Positions 1-8,242 of a stretch of DNA of 64,000 bases are shown here, piece by piece. The stretch is taken from sequence record NC_071039.1. The stretch is one strand, 5' to 3'. The notes below the pieces were generated by a model. That model saw nothing but the letters and a program-made list of their open reading frames with translations. It did not search any database and was not told the origin of the DNA. Each line of letters opens with the position of its first letter. Position 1 is the first letter of the stretch. A program made the position numbers and the translations under genes.

Positions 1-33
1 CACCGAAGAAAGAAGGACCAAAATTTTGGAAAT

Positions 34-249
34 CTTGCTCTATAGGTCCCATTCATTTTCTTTCCAGTTACATTCATTTTCTTCCAAGTTACATTTATAT
101 TCTTTCCATTTCTAGCCATTTCTAACCATTTTTATAGATTTTTTTTGGAAAAATCCGTTTTCTGCTATATAGGGACCTTCTTATAAAATATAACTTCTTT
201 TTCAATAAAAAATATTTTTTTTGAAAATTTCCAATTCTTGCTATATAGG
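34..249. repeat. Three copies of a (C/T)TGCT(A/C)TATAGG motif with pyrimidine-rich short repeats and A/T tracts
   Basis: cttgctctatagg 34-46, ctgctatatagg 162-173, cttgctatatagg 237-249; no credible CDS. Confidence 0.45.
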
Positions 250-407
250 CCGGTTTCATTATATATTCCCGTTTGCATAACATATACGGAATATAGTATG
301 CTATACGTATATAAGCCGTGACTCTAGTCAACTCACTTACTGTACGTTTGTTAGCTATTAGATATAATTCCATTTCGTAGTATAACGTATATACAGGAAA
401 ACTAGTT

Positions 408-677
408 ATGGATCTGATACTATTTCTTCAACATAATACTGTAGAGATGGACTATAGTGAATGGTACACTCGTTTTAACAACAAGAATGGAGATAGTATA
501 GCTATGATTACAGGTAACGGTCTTAGACTGTATTATAGAAATATCAATAGCTTTCTTGGTATTCTTCATTTACAATACTGTAATTATAATTTTTTCATGC
601 ATGTGGGCAATTATATTTCTTTTACTTTTGCTAATAATAATAGGTTTGTACATGAAATACATGTTGATTTGAAATAA
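408..677 (+). CDS. Microprotein array, long type (MDLILxLQ...GIxHLQ), 89 aa
   Basis: MDLILFLQ...LGILHLQ; motif shared with neighbours. Confidence 0.75.
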   Translation: MDLILFLQHNTVEMDYSEWYTRFNNKNGDSIAMITGNGLRLYYRNINSFLGILHLQYCNYNFFMHVGNYISFTFANNNRFVHEIHVDLK

Positions 678-680
678 TAT

Positions 681-986
681 ATGGATTTCATACTATTACT
701 TCAATCTCATTGCAATGAGATTGTATATACCAATCAAATCATTGATATGCTTAATGCGCATAATAGGCAGTTCGTATATGGAATTACGTTGCCTATGGGA
801 AGAAAACATGTGTCATATAATGCATATTGTTTGTATAATAATTTATGTGATGTGATAGGATTATTGCATATGCAATCTGTTTTATCATTAATAGAAGTTA
901 AACATTTAAAATCATTTTCTGGTAAAACAGATATTATTATTAATATGGTGTTTGTTAACGGTTATCTTCAACATGCTATATTCTAA
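681..986 (+). CDS. Microprotein array, long type, 101 aa
   Basis: MDFILLLQ...IGLLHMQ. Confidence 0.75.
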   Translation: MDFILLLQSHCNEIVYTNQIIDMLNAHNRQFVYGITLPMGRKHVSYNAYCLYNNLCDVIGLLHMQSVLSLIEVKHLKSFSGKTDIIINMVFVNGYLQHAIF

Positions 987-1002
987 TAGTTGTGTCTAAT
1001 AT

Positions 1003-1287
1003 ATGGATTTAATATTATTATTTCAGTATCGTTGTTGTAAGATTTGGTATTCAGATTATATTATAGATATGATCGACTATAGTGATTGTACTATAGTATC
1101 GTTATTACGCCCGCCGAATGGGCGTATGTATGCCTATTGTTCGTGTAATAGTATAAACAACGAAACTAGTATAATGCATTTGCAGAATAGCATACATTCA
1201 TTACAAATAAGTTATAGTACCCGTTCTATAATATGTCGTATGACTAATGTGTATGAAGATCTAATTCAATATATTTGTATACTTTAG
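1003..1287 (+). CDS. Microprotein array, long type, 94 aa
   Basis: MDLILLFQ...SIMHLQ. Confidence 0.75.
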   Translation: MDLILLFQYRCCKIWYSDYIIDMIDYSDCTIVSLLRPPNGRMYAYCSCNSINNETSIMHLQNSIHSLQISYSTRSIICRMTNVYEDLIQYICIL

Positions 1288-1289
1288 TA

Positions 1290-1565
1290 ATGTATTTTAT
1301 CTTGTTTATACAGAGATTGTGTTGTTCGATTAGAAGGGCTTCGCATGGATTCGATATTTTTGATACTAATGAAGTAGCATATTCATTAATAGATCATCAC
1401 GGTTTCAGTATGAAACATTTTGTTTCGTACTCTGTTATAAATGATGTAATAGGAATTATACATTTACAAGTGCATACAAATAAGTTTTATTTTCTTAATG
1501 AAAACCATCAAATGGATATGATTTGTTTTCTAGATAGTAAAGGCGGTCATTTTTTTAGTTTATAG
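1290..1565 (+). CDS. Microprotein array, long type, 91 aa
   Basis: MYFILFIQ...IGIIHLQ; start moved to ATG 1290 by family alignment. Confidence 0.7.
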   Translation: MYFILFIQRLCCSIRRASHGFDIFDTNEVAYSLIDHHGFSMKHFVSYSVINDVIGIIHLQVHTNKFYFLNENHQMDMICFLDSKGGHFFSL

Positions 1566-1577
1566 AGGACTAAATTT

Positions 1578-1841
1578 GTGCTATTAATATTAATGCTTCA
1601 GCGTAATGTCGAATGGATTCTTAATACTGATTGCGAAATTCGACTTGTTCTGCCCGATTATAACACGTTATATCGTTTTCTAATTCAGATACAGAAAATT
1701 AATGGGTATCTAAATTGCCATGCTAGTAATGACATTGTAGGTATGTTTTATTTACAGTACAATTGTGATACTATATCATTTAATAGATTTGATGAATTTA
1801 TGATACTAAACCACAATGGCGTAATAATTTTTGGCTGGTGA
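1578..1841 (+). CDS. Microprotein array, long type, 87 aa
   Basis: GTG start, (M)LLILMLQ...VGMFYLQ. Confidence 0.7.
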   Translation: MLLILMLQRNVEWILNTDCEIRLVLPDYNTLYRFLIQIQKINGYLNCHASNDIVGMFYLQYNCDTISFNRFDEFMILNHNGVIIFGW

Positions 1842-1846
1842 CTAGT

Positions 1847-2137
1847 ATGGATATTATATTGATCCTTAGTAATGAAGTTATAAGAATACAAGGTTGTTTT
1901 TATGATATAGAAACTTTACAAATAAGGTTCTTCAATAAATACGACTCAATATATTTTTGTAATAAAATGGGAGGATTTGTTAACTATAAAACATTTCCCA
2001 ATGAACTACTAAGTATAATTCATTTGCAGCAGAATACACACAGGTTAATAACACAAATTAAATGTATATTTTTTGATAATGTGGATTTTATTTCTATTCA
2101 CTGGGAGACTTTGTTTGACACAGATGAATACGTATAA
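1847..2137 (+). CDS. Microprotein array, long type, 96 aa
   Basis: MDIILILS...LSIIHLQ. Confidence 0.7.
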   Translation: MDIILILSNEVIRIQGCFYDIETLQIRFFNKYDSIYFCNKMGGFVNYKTFPNELLSIIHLQQNTHRLITQIKCIFFDNVDFISIHWETLFDTDEYV

Positions 2138-2141
2138 TGAT

Positions 2142-2368
2142 ATGAATTATATATTACTAATTAGTAACCAGTCTAAATATATTTCGTTGAAGGCACTTGG
2201 ATTAACTGTAAAAACACGTGAACCAAGGTTAACTCATTATATTATATTTTAAATATGAACGAAGAATATGATATATTATATTTGTCTAACAATACTATGC
2301 AAATAACATTTCGTTTTTCAGTATATTGTTTTTATGATAAAACTCGTAGTATTATATATTGTCAATAA
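2142..2368 (+). pseudogene. Frameshifted array member (or sequencing indel)
   Basis: MNYILLISNQ... stops at TAA 2250-2252; the -1 frame continues ...NEEYDILYLSNNT...YCQ to TAA 2368, giving a family-sized product. Confidence 0.5.
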
Positions 2369-2381
2369 GACAGAAATATAA

Positions 2382-2696
2382 ATGGATTTAATATTAACAC
2401 TTCAGCATAAAACTGTGCTAATATCGCAATTTAGTGCATTATTTGTATTTCAAAATATAAACAGTGATACTATATTTTGCTTGGATATAGGTAAACATGT
2501 ATATTATTTTGAAATAATATTCAGGTTATATAATAATAAGAATGGCATGGTGTATTTGCAACATGCCATTAATTCTATTAAGTTTACCTTTAGTTTACAA
2601 TATCATACAATTCGTGGATATTCTAGTATACCATCTATATATATGTATGATAAAAAATATGCTATTGTACACGTACCATATGTTAGGAATACTTAA
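2382..2696 (+). CDS. Microprotein array, long type, 104 aa
   Basis: MDLILTLQ...GMVYLQ. Confidence 0.75.
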   Translation: MDLILTLQHKTVLISQFSALFVFQNINSDTIFCLDIGKHVYYFEIIFRLYNNKNGMVYLQHAINSIKFTFSLQYHTIRGYSSIPSIYMYDKKYAIVHVPYVRNT

Positions 2697-2998
2697 TGGA
2701 TCTTATATTATACATTCAGTACAGTGCTCATAAAATAGAAACTGTTTATAAATCATATCTATTTTATAGTAATAACTATTCACTTTATTACAGACTGTCT
2801 GTATATAAGAGATTATTGGTACCATCGGGTAGTGAATCATATGCAAGGGCTTCGGCTGAATATTCTGCTATTACAGACAAAATAGGAATTATACACTTAC
2901 AATCGAAAACACACGTAATATTATTTGTTATGGATGGTTGTATGTGCATTCACGACAAATCGTATCAAACACTCCATTATATTATACCAAAGTCATAA
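2696..2998 (+). CDS. Microprotein array, long type, 100 aa
   Basis: MDLILYIQ...IGIIHLQ; TAATG coupling on both sides. Confidence 0.75.
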   Translation: MDLILYIQYSAHKIETVYKSYLFYSNNYSLYYRLSVYKRLLVPSGSESYARASAEYSAITDKIGIIHLQSKTHVILFVMDGCMCIHDKSYQTLHYIIPKS

Positions 2999-3255
2999 TG
3001 TTCATAAGTTTTATATTGAATATTCAACGATATACTTCTATTATAGAAATAGTTTCATATAGTAATATAAGATTTTGTAGTTTTCGTCAGTATCCTTTTT
3101 ATAATGTAATAAATGTAATATATGAAATAATTCCACCGCAGCAAATGTTAATACGACTACAATCAAATCTACATATTATCTGTTTTGATTCTGTTTATGA
3201 TAGTATAGTGTTTTGTGATAAAGACGGTGACGAAATACATTGCTGCTTATGGTAG
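2998..3255 (+). CDS. Microprotein array, long type, 85 aa
   Basis: MFISFILNIQ...LIRLQ; TAATG-coupled start. Confidence 0.7.
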   Translation: MFISFILNIQRYTSIIEIVSYSNIRFCSFRQYPFYNVINVIYEIIPPQQMLIRLQSNLHIICFDSVYDSIVFCDKDGDEIHCCLW

Positions 3256-3351
3256 CGTGTTTGCATTTAACGCAAAAACATGTTATACAGTATTGTTTGT
3301 TGAGTATTTTGACATTGTTGTTTCTAAAAATCTTTTATATAAAGGATTAAT

Positions 3352-3489
3352 ATGCATAATATATTTAAATTATCATATTGTACAATTATGTTGAAATTTA
3401 AAATATTATGGGATCAAAAAGTATACCTATGCTCGTTTAAGTCATTGCGGTATACTACCCTATATATTTCTGCAGGTCGTATCAGATAA
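3352..3489 (+). CDS. Microprotein array, short type, 45 aa (not in ORF track)
   Basis: MHNIFKLSYCT...; manual translation. Confidence 0.6.
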   Translation: MHNIFKLSYCTIMLKFKILWDQKVYLCSFKSLRYTTLYISAGRIR

Positions 3490-3612
3490 ATGGTAACAAA
3501 TATATTAGAATTAATGTATGTATGTCACCATACATATAATATAACAACTAACAACTACTATAACATTATCTTCTTAAATAAAGATAATAATATTATCTTT
3601 GTTTTGTATTAA
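3490..3612 (+). CDS. Microprotein array, short type, 40 aa
   Basis: MVTNILELMYVCHH...; ATG directly after previous TAA. Confidence 0.55.
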   Translation: MVTNILELMYVCHHTYNITTNNYYNIIFLNKDNNIIFVLY

Positions 3613-3617
3613 AACAA

Positions 3618-3743
3618 ATGGGAATATTTCTCTTATCACATAATACTCGTTATATTTGTGTTATACATATCGGACGTATTGTATACAAGATTAAGATGTA
3701 TGACAGACATGGCAATTATGTGTTTACAATTAATGTTATCTAA
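3618..3743 (+). CDS. Microprotein array, short type, 41 aa
   Basis: MGIFLLSHNTRY... Confidence 0.6.
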   Translation: MGIFLLSHNTRYICVIHIGRIVYKIKMYDRHGNYVFTINVI

Positions 3744-3794
3744 GAACATATTAAATTATATAGAATTTGGTTGTATGTAATACTGTTTAATAAT

Positions 3795-3929
3795 ATGGCA
3801 ACAGATATTGATAAAATAACATACATTTCATTTAACTCATGCTATATATCAGTTAATCGTTTTGGTGTTATTATATATTATGAGTACGGTAGGTTGATTT
3901 TATATGATGATACCCCCGGGATTATATAA
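3795..3929 (+). CDS. Microprotein array, short type, 44 aa
   Basis: MATDIDKITYISFNSCY... Confidence 0.55.
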   Translation: MATDIDKITYISFNSCYISVNRFGVIIYYEYGRLILYDDTPGII

Positions 3930-4068
3930 GAACGTATTCTACATACAGTATAATGTACGTCATATAAGCATATATTATTTTGATGCATGTGAATGTAATA
4001 TATTACAAGTAGAATGCAATAATTTTCTTACTCTAACATATAAATTAAATGAAAAAACCAATAAGTAA
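3904..4068 (+). CDS. Microprotein array, short type, 54 aa
   Basis: MMIPPGLYKNVFYIQYNVRH... Confidence 0.55.
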   Translation: MMIPPGLYKNVFYIQYNVRHISIYYFDACECNILQVECNNFLTLTYKLNEKTNK

Positions 4069-4198
4069 TATATTTGGATTATCGTTTAATACGCACTGGT
4101 TTAATACCAATTACATATCTAGTGCTCATTGTTTAATACTTTATAATGTGTCGTCATATCCTATACATTATGTTCGTTTACACACAAACAAGCGTTAA
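4049..4198 (+). CDS. Microprotein array, short type, 49 aa
   Basis: MKKPISNIFGLSFNTH... Confidence 0.6.
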   Translation: MKKPISNIFGLSFNTHWFNTNYISSAHCLILYNVSSYPIHYVRLHTNKR

Positions 4199-4203
4199 CA
4201 CTT

Positions 4204-4338
4204 ATGTCGCCGGAATTAATTCATAATATAATTTGCATTCAACACTATCTTAATAGATGGTATACTAGAATATCCACAACAGGTATTAATGTGTATTCAG
4301 ATTCATATGTTAGAATTAGAATAAATGTTCATAAATAA
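4204..4338 (+). CDS. Microprotein array, short type, 44 aa
   Basis: MSPELIHIIICIQHY... Confidence 0.55.
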   Translation: MSPELIHNIICIQHYLNRWYTRISTTGINVYSDSYVRIRINVHK

Positions 4339-4492
4339 AAATATTATAAATCACGATATACATTATGATATGTTGCAGGTATCTTTATGCGCACATAGAA
4401 TAGATTCATCGCTATGTAGCACATATCTATTGGCATGCATTTATAATAGTAATGAAAAAATTATTATAATTAGTGTTGCATATCTAAGATGA
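4325..4492 (+). CDS. Microprotein array, short type, 55 aa
   Basis: MFINKNIINHDIHYDMLQVS...; ATGA overlap with next. Confidence 0.5.
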   Translation: MFINKNIINHDIHYDMLQVSLCAHRIDSSLCSTYLLACIYNSNEKIIIISVAYLR

Positions 4493-4647
4493 ATGGTATA
4501 AAAGATATAATAGAATTTTCATCGAATACATACGAAATATGTGCCAATACAGCAAGACTTAGAGATATAGTATACTACTCGATACTCATGAAGACAAAAG
4601 ACGGTCTTGCATTTTATATGGTAGACTCGTTTTCATATATAACATGA
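4489..4647 (+). CDS. Microprotein array, short type, 52 aa
   Basis: MNGIKDIIEFSSNTY...; ATGA overlaps both sides. Confidence 0.6.
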   Translation: MNGIKDIIEFSSNTYEICANTARLRDIVYYSILMKTKDGLAFYMVDSFSYIT

Positions 4648-4781
4648 CCAGTATCCTTGAATGTTCTTACAATACTTCTAATATTATGTTTCGTTTTTGT
4701 AAAAACAGTGACATTTTAGTTGTGAACTTTCTAAACAAAAATGCTGACATACATTTCATTGTAATAATTAGATACAAATAA
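4644..4781 (+). CDS. Microprotein array, short type, 45 aa
   Basis: MTSILECSYNTS... Confidence 0.6.
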   Translation: MTSILECSYNTSNIMFRFCKNSDILVVNFLNKNADIHFIVIIRYK

Positions 4782-4818
4782 ACATATCGTTAATTACTAA
4801 TACATAGGAGAGTAATAA

Positions 4819-4953
4819 ATGAATAGAGCAGCAAAGAAAAATGTTTCTGTATTTGTTATTCAGAATCATACTTTTAGAGTTCATGTTGTGCGATATGATC
4901 CTGCGAGAATTTCAATATATCTCTCACTTGTACATAATTGCGTTGCATCTTAA
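4819..4953 (+). CDS. Microprotein array, short type, 44 aa
   Basis: AGGAG RBS upstream; MNRAAKKNVSVFVIQNHT... Confidence 0.6.
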   Translation: MNRAAKKNVSVFVIQNHTFRVHVVRYDPARISIYLSLVHNCVAS

Positions 4954-5061
4954 GAACTATATCTGCATAATGTAGGTTACATTTGCATGTATAGGATTAT
5001 CTTTCATATAATATATGCTTATTAACTATACGACATGTATTGAATTACTTTATAGTATTGT

Positions 5062-5208
5062 ATGATTCGTAAAAATATAGTTCTAATATCACATAACACG
5101 TCAAAAATAATATTAGAAAAAAGAACAAGTAAAGTATTACGTGTTTCTATGTTTAAATCGATTGGAAAATACTACTACCATTATTATACGGCGTGTGGAA
5201 ATATATAA
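5062..5208 (+). CDS. Microprotein array, short type, 48 aa
   Basis: MIRKNIVLISHNTS...; TAATG overlap with next. Confidence 0.6.
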   Translation: MIRKNIVLISHNTSKIILEKRTSKVLRVSMFKSIGKYYYHYYTACGNI

Positions 5209-5348
5209 TGCAAGATCATCATTTCACTACACTGTTGTATATGTCTAATCGTGCAGATAGAATAAAGATTTTTCGACAGCCTTCCTGTCTTATTGTATAT
5301 ATTAAGTCAGGTATGTTATATATTAATAAACAATTCTTAAAATGTTAG
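5208..5348 (+). CDS. Microprotein array, short type, 46 aa
   Basis: MQDHHFTTLLYMSNRA... Confidence 0.55.
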   Translation: MQDHHFTTLLYMSNRADRIKIFRQPSCLIVYIKSGMLYINKQFLKC

Positions 5349-5515
5349 AATATATAGATACTCTCAAATATAATTACATTTTAACTGTATGCAGCGGTGT
5401 AGAGTCTATATCATTTGAATCATTTACTAGATCAGTGATATCAGTTTCCATAATATATAATAATATTACTATCTTTCCGTGCCAAACTACACGAACTATA
5501 CTGTATGGTGTATAA
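5342..5515 (+). CDS. Microprotein array, short type, 57 aa
   Basis: MLEYIDTLKYNYILTVCS... Confidence 0.5.
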   Translation: MLEYIDTLKYNYILTVCSGVESISFESFTRSVISVSIIYNNITIFPCQTTRTILYGV

Positions 5516-5639
5516 TCTTATTTTTATTTCTTTTAATGTTTCTTTAATTATTTTTTCTATTTTTAATAAAACATTCGAAGTTTATATTTATGGAAAAATG
5601 TTATTGGTAATTTATTATACAGGACTGCATATATGTTAG
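5505..5639 (+). CDS. Microprotein array, short type, 44 aa
   Basis: MVYNLIFISFNVS... Confidence 0.55.
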   Translation: MVYNLIFISFNVSLIIFSIFNKTFEVYIYGKMLLVIYYTGLHIC

Positions 5640-5785
5640 ATATATTGCTACGGTTCCAACGCAGAGTGGATACAATTAAGGTGGAGTTAATATGGCGTCA
5701 CTTGCATTTTTATGAAAAAGCCGGCGAGGAGTTAGAGTTATTTCATATTATATTTCTGCCGCCCGATCACCGAAGTATTAATTAA
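5633..5785 (+). CDS. Microprotein array, short type, 50 aa
   Basis: MLDILLRFQRR... Confidence 0.55.
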   Translation: MLDILLRFQRRVDTIKVELIWRHLHFYEKAGEELELFHIIFLPPDHRSIN

Positions 5786-5919
5786 CAAAAACAAGTTGTA
5801 TTTTTCGGCATAAAAATTTATGAATAAAGATACAAACAAAGAATCACCTATTATTAAAGAATTATATTTTATATTAAGATTGTAAGTAAAATAAAATACT
5901 TTTAGAATCTAAAACTAAA

Positions 5920-6069
5920 ATGATCGATTGGGTATTTAAATTGTCTGCTAGTTGCTACGAAATAGACGGACAACACAGTGAGTCAATAAGAATATATAAT
6001 TCATATTGTCTTTTAGGAACTATACAATGTTATTGTGCTCAGTTAAAAATAAATTTATATAAATTTTAA
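5920..6069 (+). CDS. Microprotein array, short type, 49 aa
   Basis: MIDWVFKLSASCY... Confidence 0.55.
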   Translation: MIDWVFKLSASCYEIDGQHSESIRIYNSYCLLGTIQCYCAQLKINLYKF

Positions 6070-6105
6070 TATTGTGGGAAGAATTCTTTTAAATAGGCAT
6101 ACTAT

Positions 6106-6249
6106 ATGAATGATCTATTACACTACCAACTCACATTATGTTCCATATCTTTGCAGAAAGCTCTTTTTAAGTCAGGCAATGTGTATTACATTCTAATTGA
6201 ACGTAACGACAGCGGTAGGTATTCCCGAGATGTAAAAATACTTAAATGA
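6106..6249 (+). CDS. Microprotein array, short type, 47 aa
   Basis: MNDLLHYQLTLCS... Confidence 0.5.
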   Translation: MNDLLHYQLTLCSISLQKALFKSGNVYYILIERNDSGRYSRDVKILK

Positions 6250-6250
6250 T

Positions 6251-6421
6251 ATGCGTATATTTGTAATATCACAAAATTGTATGACTATCAGACTTTTTTA
6301 TCATACATATTTCATTAAAGATGTAAATTATGATTCAATTTGTGTATTATATAAAACGAATAGTAGAATTGTAATACATCCGAGTTTTACAGTAGATGAA
6401 TATATTCGATCTGTCTTATAA
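6251..6421 (+). CDS. Microprotein array, short type, 56 aa
   Basis: MRIFVISQNCM... Confidence 0.6.
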   Translation: MRIFVISQNCMTIRLFYHTYFIKDVNYDSICVLYKTNSRIVIHPSFTVDEYIRSVL

Positions 6422-6584
6422 TTCTTCATTTATTTTGATGAAATCGAATAGATTATACATTAGTAACTATAATTATTCTGTAGGGGCTACATATGTATTA
6501 CCTGCAATAACAAAATATATACATCAAACATTCTATGTAAACGCTGCAATATATAGATTTTTAGATACAGGTATACTAGTATGA
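6396..6584 (+). CDS. Microprotein array member, 62 aa
   Basis: MNIFDLSYNSS; ATGA overlap with next. Confidence 0.7.
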   Translation: MNIFDLSYNSSFILMKSNRLYISNYNYSVGATYVLPAITKYIHQTFYVNAAIYRFLDTGILV

Positions 6585-6769
6585 AATTCAATATATTTAA
6601 ATTGCAAAGAAGATGTCACATTATAAATTGTCATTTTTATGACATTCTTAGATTTTCAAAACCTACATATTTTCGAGATGCTGATAGAATAACTATATTT
6701 TCATTAATAGGTACTAATAGTATCAGAATTTACGAGGATATGTATAAAGGATATGCACAAACCATATGA
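6581..6769 (+). CDS. Microprotein array member, 62 aa
   Basis: MKFNIFKLQRRC; ATGA overlaps. Confidence 0.7.
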   Translation: MKFNIFKLQRRCHIINCHFYDILRFSKPTYFRDADRITIFSLIGTNSIRIYEDMYKGYAQTI

Positions 6770-7050
6770 TTGAAATATTAATATTTTCGAGTGTTAGTGA
6801 TTATATTAGTATAAGACATGATATGGCACGGCTATATAATCTTAATGGTATTAGTGAATTAATATTTGTATCAAAACCATACAAATATATTATATTAACT
6901 AATTTAAAAAATCGTATAGGTATATTCTGTATTTCAAATATAATAAGTGAAAGGGTGATGGGAGATATTACTAGTAACGAATGTTGGGCTTATCCTTGGC
7001 CTCCAGATACTGGCATAGATGTATATATTGATTTCCTGTATAAAAATTGA
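6766..7050 (+). CDS. Microprotein array member, long type, 94 aa
   Basis: MIEILIFSS...IGIFCIS. Confidence 0.7.
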   Translation: MIEILIFSSVSDYISIRHDMARLYNLNGISELIFVSKPYKYIILTNLKNRIGIFCISNIISERVMGDITSNECWAYPWPPDTGIDVYIDFLYKN

Positions 7051-7149
7051 TGAGCTTTCTACTAAACGCACAATATAACCATAGACAAATAAGTGCATTA
7101 TGCTAATATATACATGCTTACTAAACAGTTACTTGTTAAGTAAGTTAAA

Positions 7150-7455
7150 AAGTCTGTAACAGTGATGTTACAGGATACACAGGCAAATACGGTTGGAAGA
7201 TGCTGTGTAAAGAACAAATATCCAGCTCATTCCTAGGCATTATAGCCTACACATTATATTTGAATGGGCATAAAAACTTCCAAAGAACCTTCGAAATTTT
7301 CTCGTAGGATAGTGTATTAGAAGGAATGCACTATCAGGAAGCTGTAGGTGATGGTTGCTATCCCAGACAGTCCTTTCTAAAATACTTTAATATGATATAA
7401 AGTTCTATGCAACCGTATACATGCTGTAAGATATTAGATTACACCATGTATTAAA
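7150..7455 (+). ncRNA. Candidate structured ncRNA or long structured 5' leader (RNA-A)
   Basis: ORF-free; nested helices 7187-94/7411-18, 7193-99/7277-83, 7225-32/7262-69, 7308-18/7325-35, hairpin 7154-73; putative extended -10 tgcTAATAT upstream. Confidence 0.55.
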
Positions 7456-7558
7456 CGTAAAAGCAAAACCTTCAGTTAGTAATCTCGCAGTGAAGGGGGT
7501 AGGTGAGTGCTACCCAAACTCAACAAACAACTAATGGTCTAGAAAAGGTATAGTATAC

Positions 7559-7966
7559 ATGCAACATACTCACATTCGTTTCTACAACGAAGAAACTCAA
7601 CAGATCGATAACCGCCGTGGCGCTACTGTTGCCTGGGAAACCGCCGGCAACAAGATCCGTATTTCCGTAGCAGCATGTTCGGAAATGGATAACTTCAACC
7701 GCAAGACCGGACGTGAACATGCTGCTAGCCGTCTCGAAAGTGGCGACTACATCGAGTTTAACGGCACCGAACTTCTTAATGCACAGATGTCTTCTGTAAG
7801 TCATGTGCAGTCTGAAGGTCTCGTTCGTGCTATGTGCTTCTTGCTAGCACAAGGCAAAGGCGATCTATATTACCCGGCAAGCGAAGGTCAGCTTCGCAGC
7901 GAAGCCGAGTGCAATAGCTACAACGCTCTCGAGTACCTGAAACACCAGATGGGCATTCATCAGTAA
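7559..7966 (+). CDS. Hypothetical protein, 135 aa, with a common phage AxCSxxDNFxRKxGRxxAxxRL motif
   Basis: Host-like codon usage; motif recalled from small phage proteins, family not assigned. Confidence 0.85.
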   Translation: MQHTHIRFYNEETQQIDNRRGATVAWETAGNKIRISVAACSEMDNFNRKTGREHAASRLESGDYIEFNGTELLNAQMSSVSHVQSEGLVRAMCFLLAQGKGDLYYPASEGQLRSEAECNSYNALEYLKHQMGIHQ

Positions 7967-7979
7967 GTATTCGGCCATT

Positions 7980-8022
7980 CGGAATTGCGATTTAGGTTTT
8001 GGAATTCTAAATCGCAATTCCG
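7980..8022. terminator. Perfect 16-bp inverted repeat (terminator or cruciform)
   Basis: CGGAATTGCGATTTAG-11nt-CTAAATCGCAATTCCG just after the CDS. Confidence 0.65.
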
Positions 8023-8207
8023 GTTTCCAAATTCAATTTTAGGCACAAACTCGGGTCCGCATTTGCATTTTGCATTTACATTTTGTGTTCTGAGTGTATA
8101 TGCAAAATGCAATCGCGCATGTTGTCGATGCATTGGCTAATCTTTTATTTTTGATAGTTTAGAAAAGATTAAGAACAGAAACTATCTGTAAATTAATAAA
8201 AATAACA

Positions 8208-8236
8208 TTTACATTACATACACATATGCATATACT
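8208..8236 (+). promoter_or_regulatory. sigma70-type promoter
   Basis: TTTACA-17-TATACT. Confidence 0.6.
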
Positions 8237-8242
8237 ATATAC

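Noticed and set aside
122-373. 83-aa minus-strand ORF at the window start
   Set aside because: Runs through A/T tracts and repeats with no RBS; probably spurious.
3255-6396. Stop-codon recoding (alternative genetic code) to explain the ORF-poor stretch
   Set aside because: Stops are of all three types, mostly TAA, and are followed by coupled ATG starts with a shared motif; the structural genes read through more than 11 kb in the standard code.
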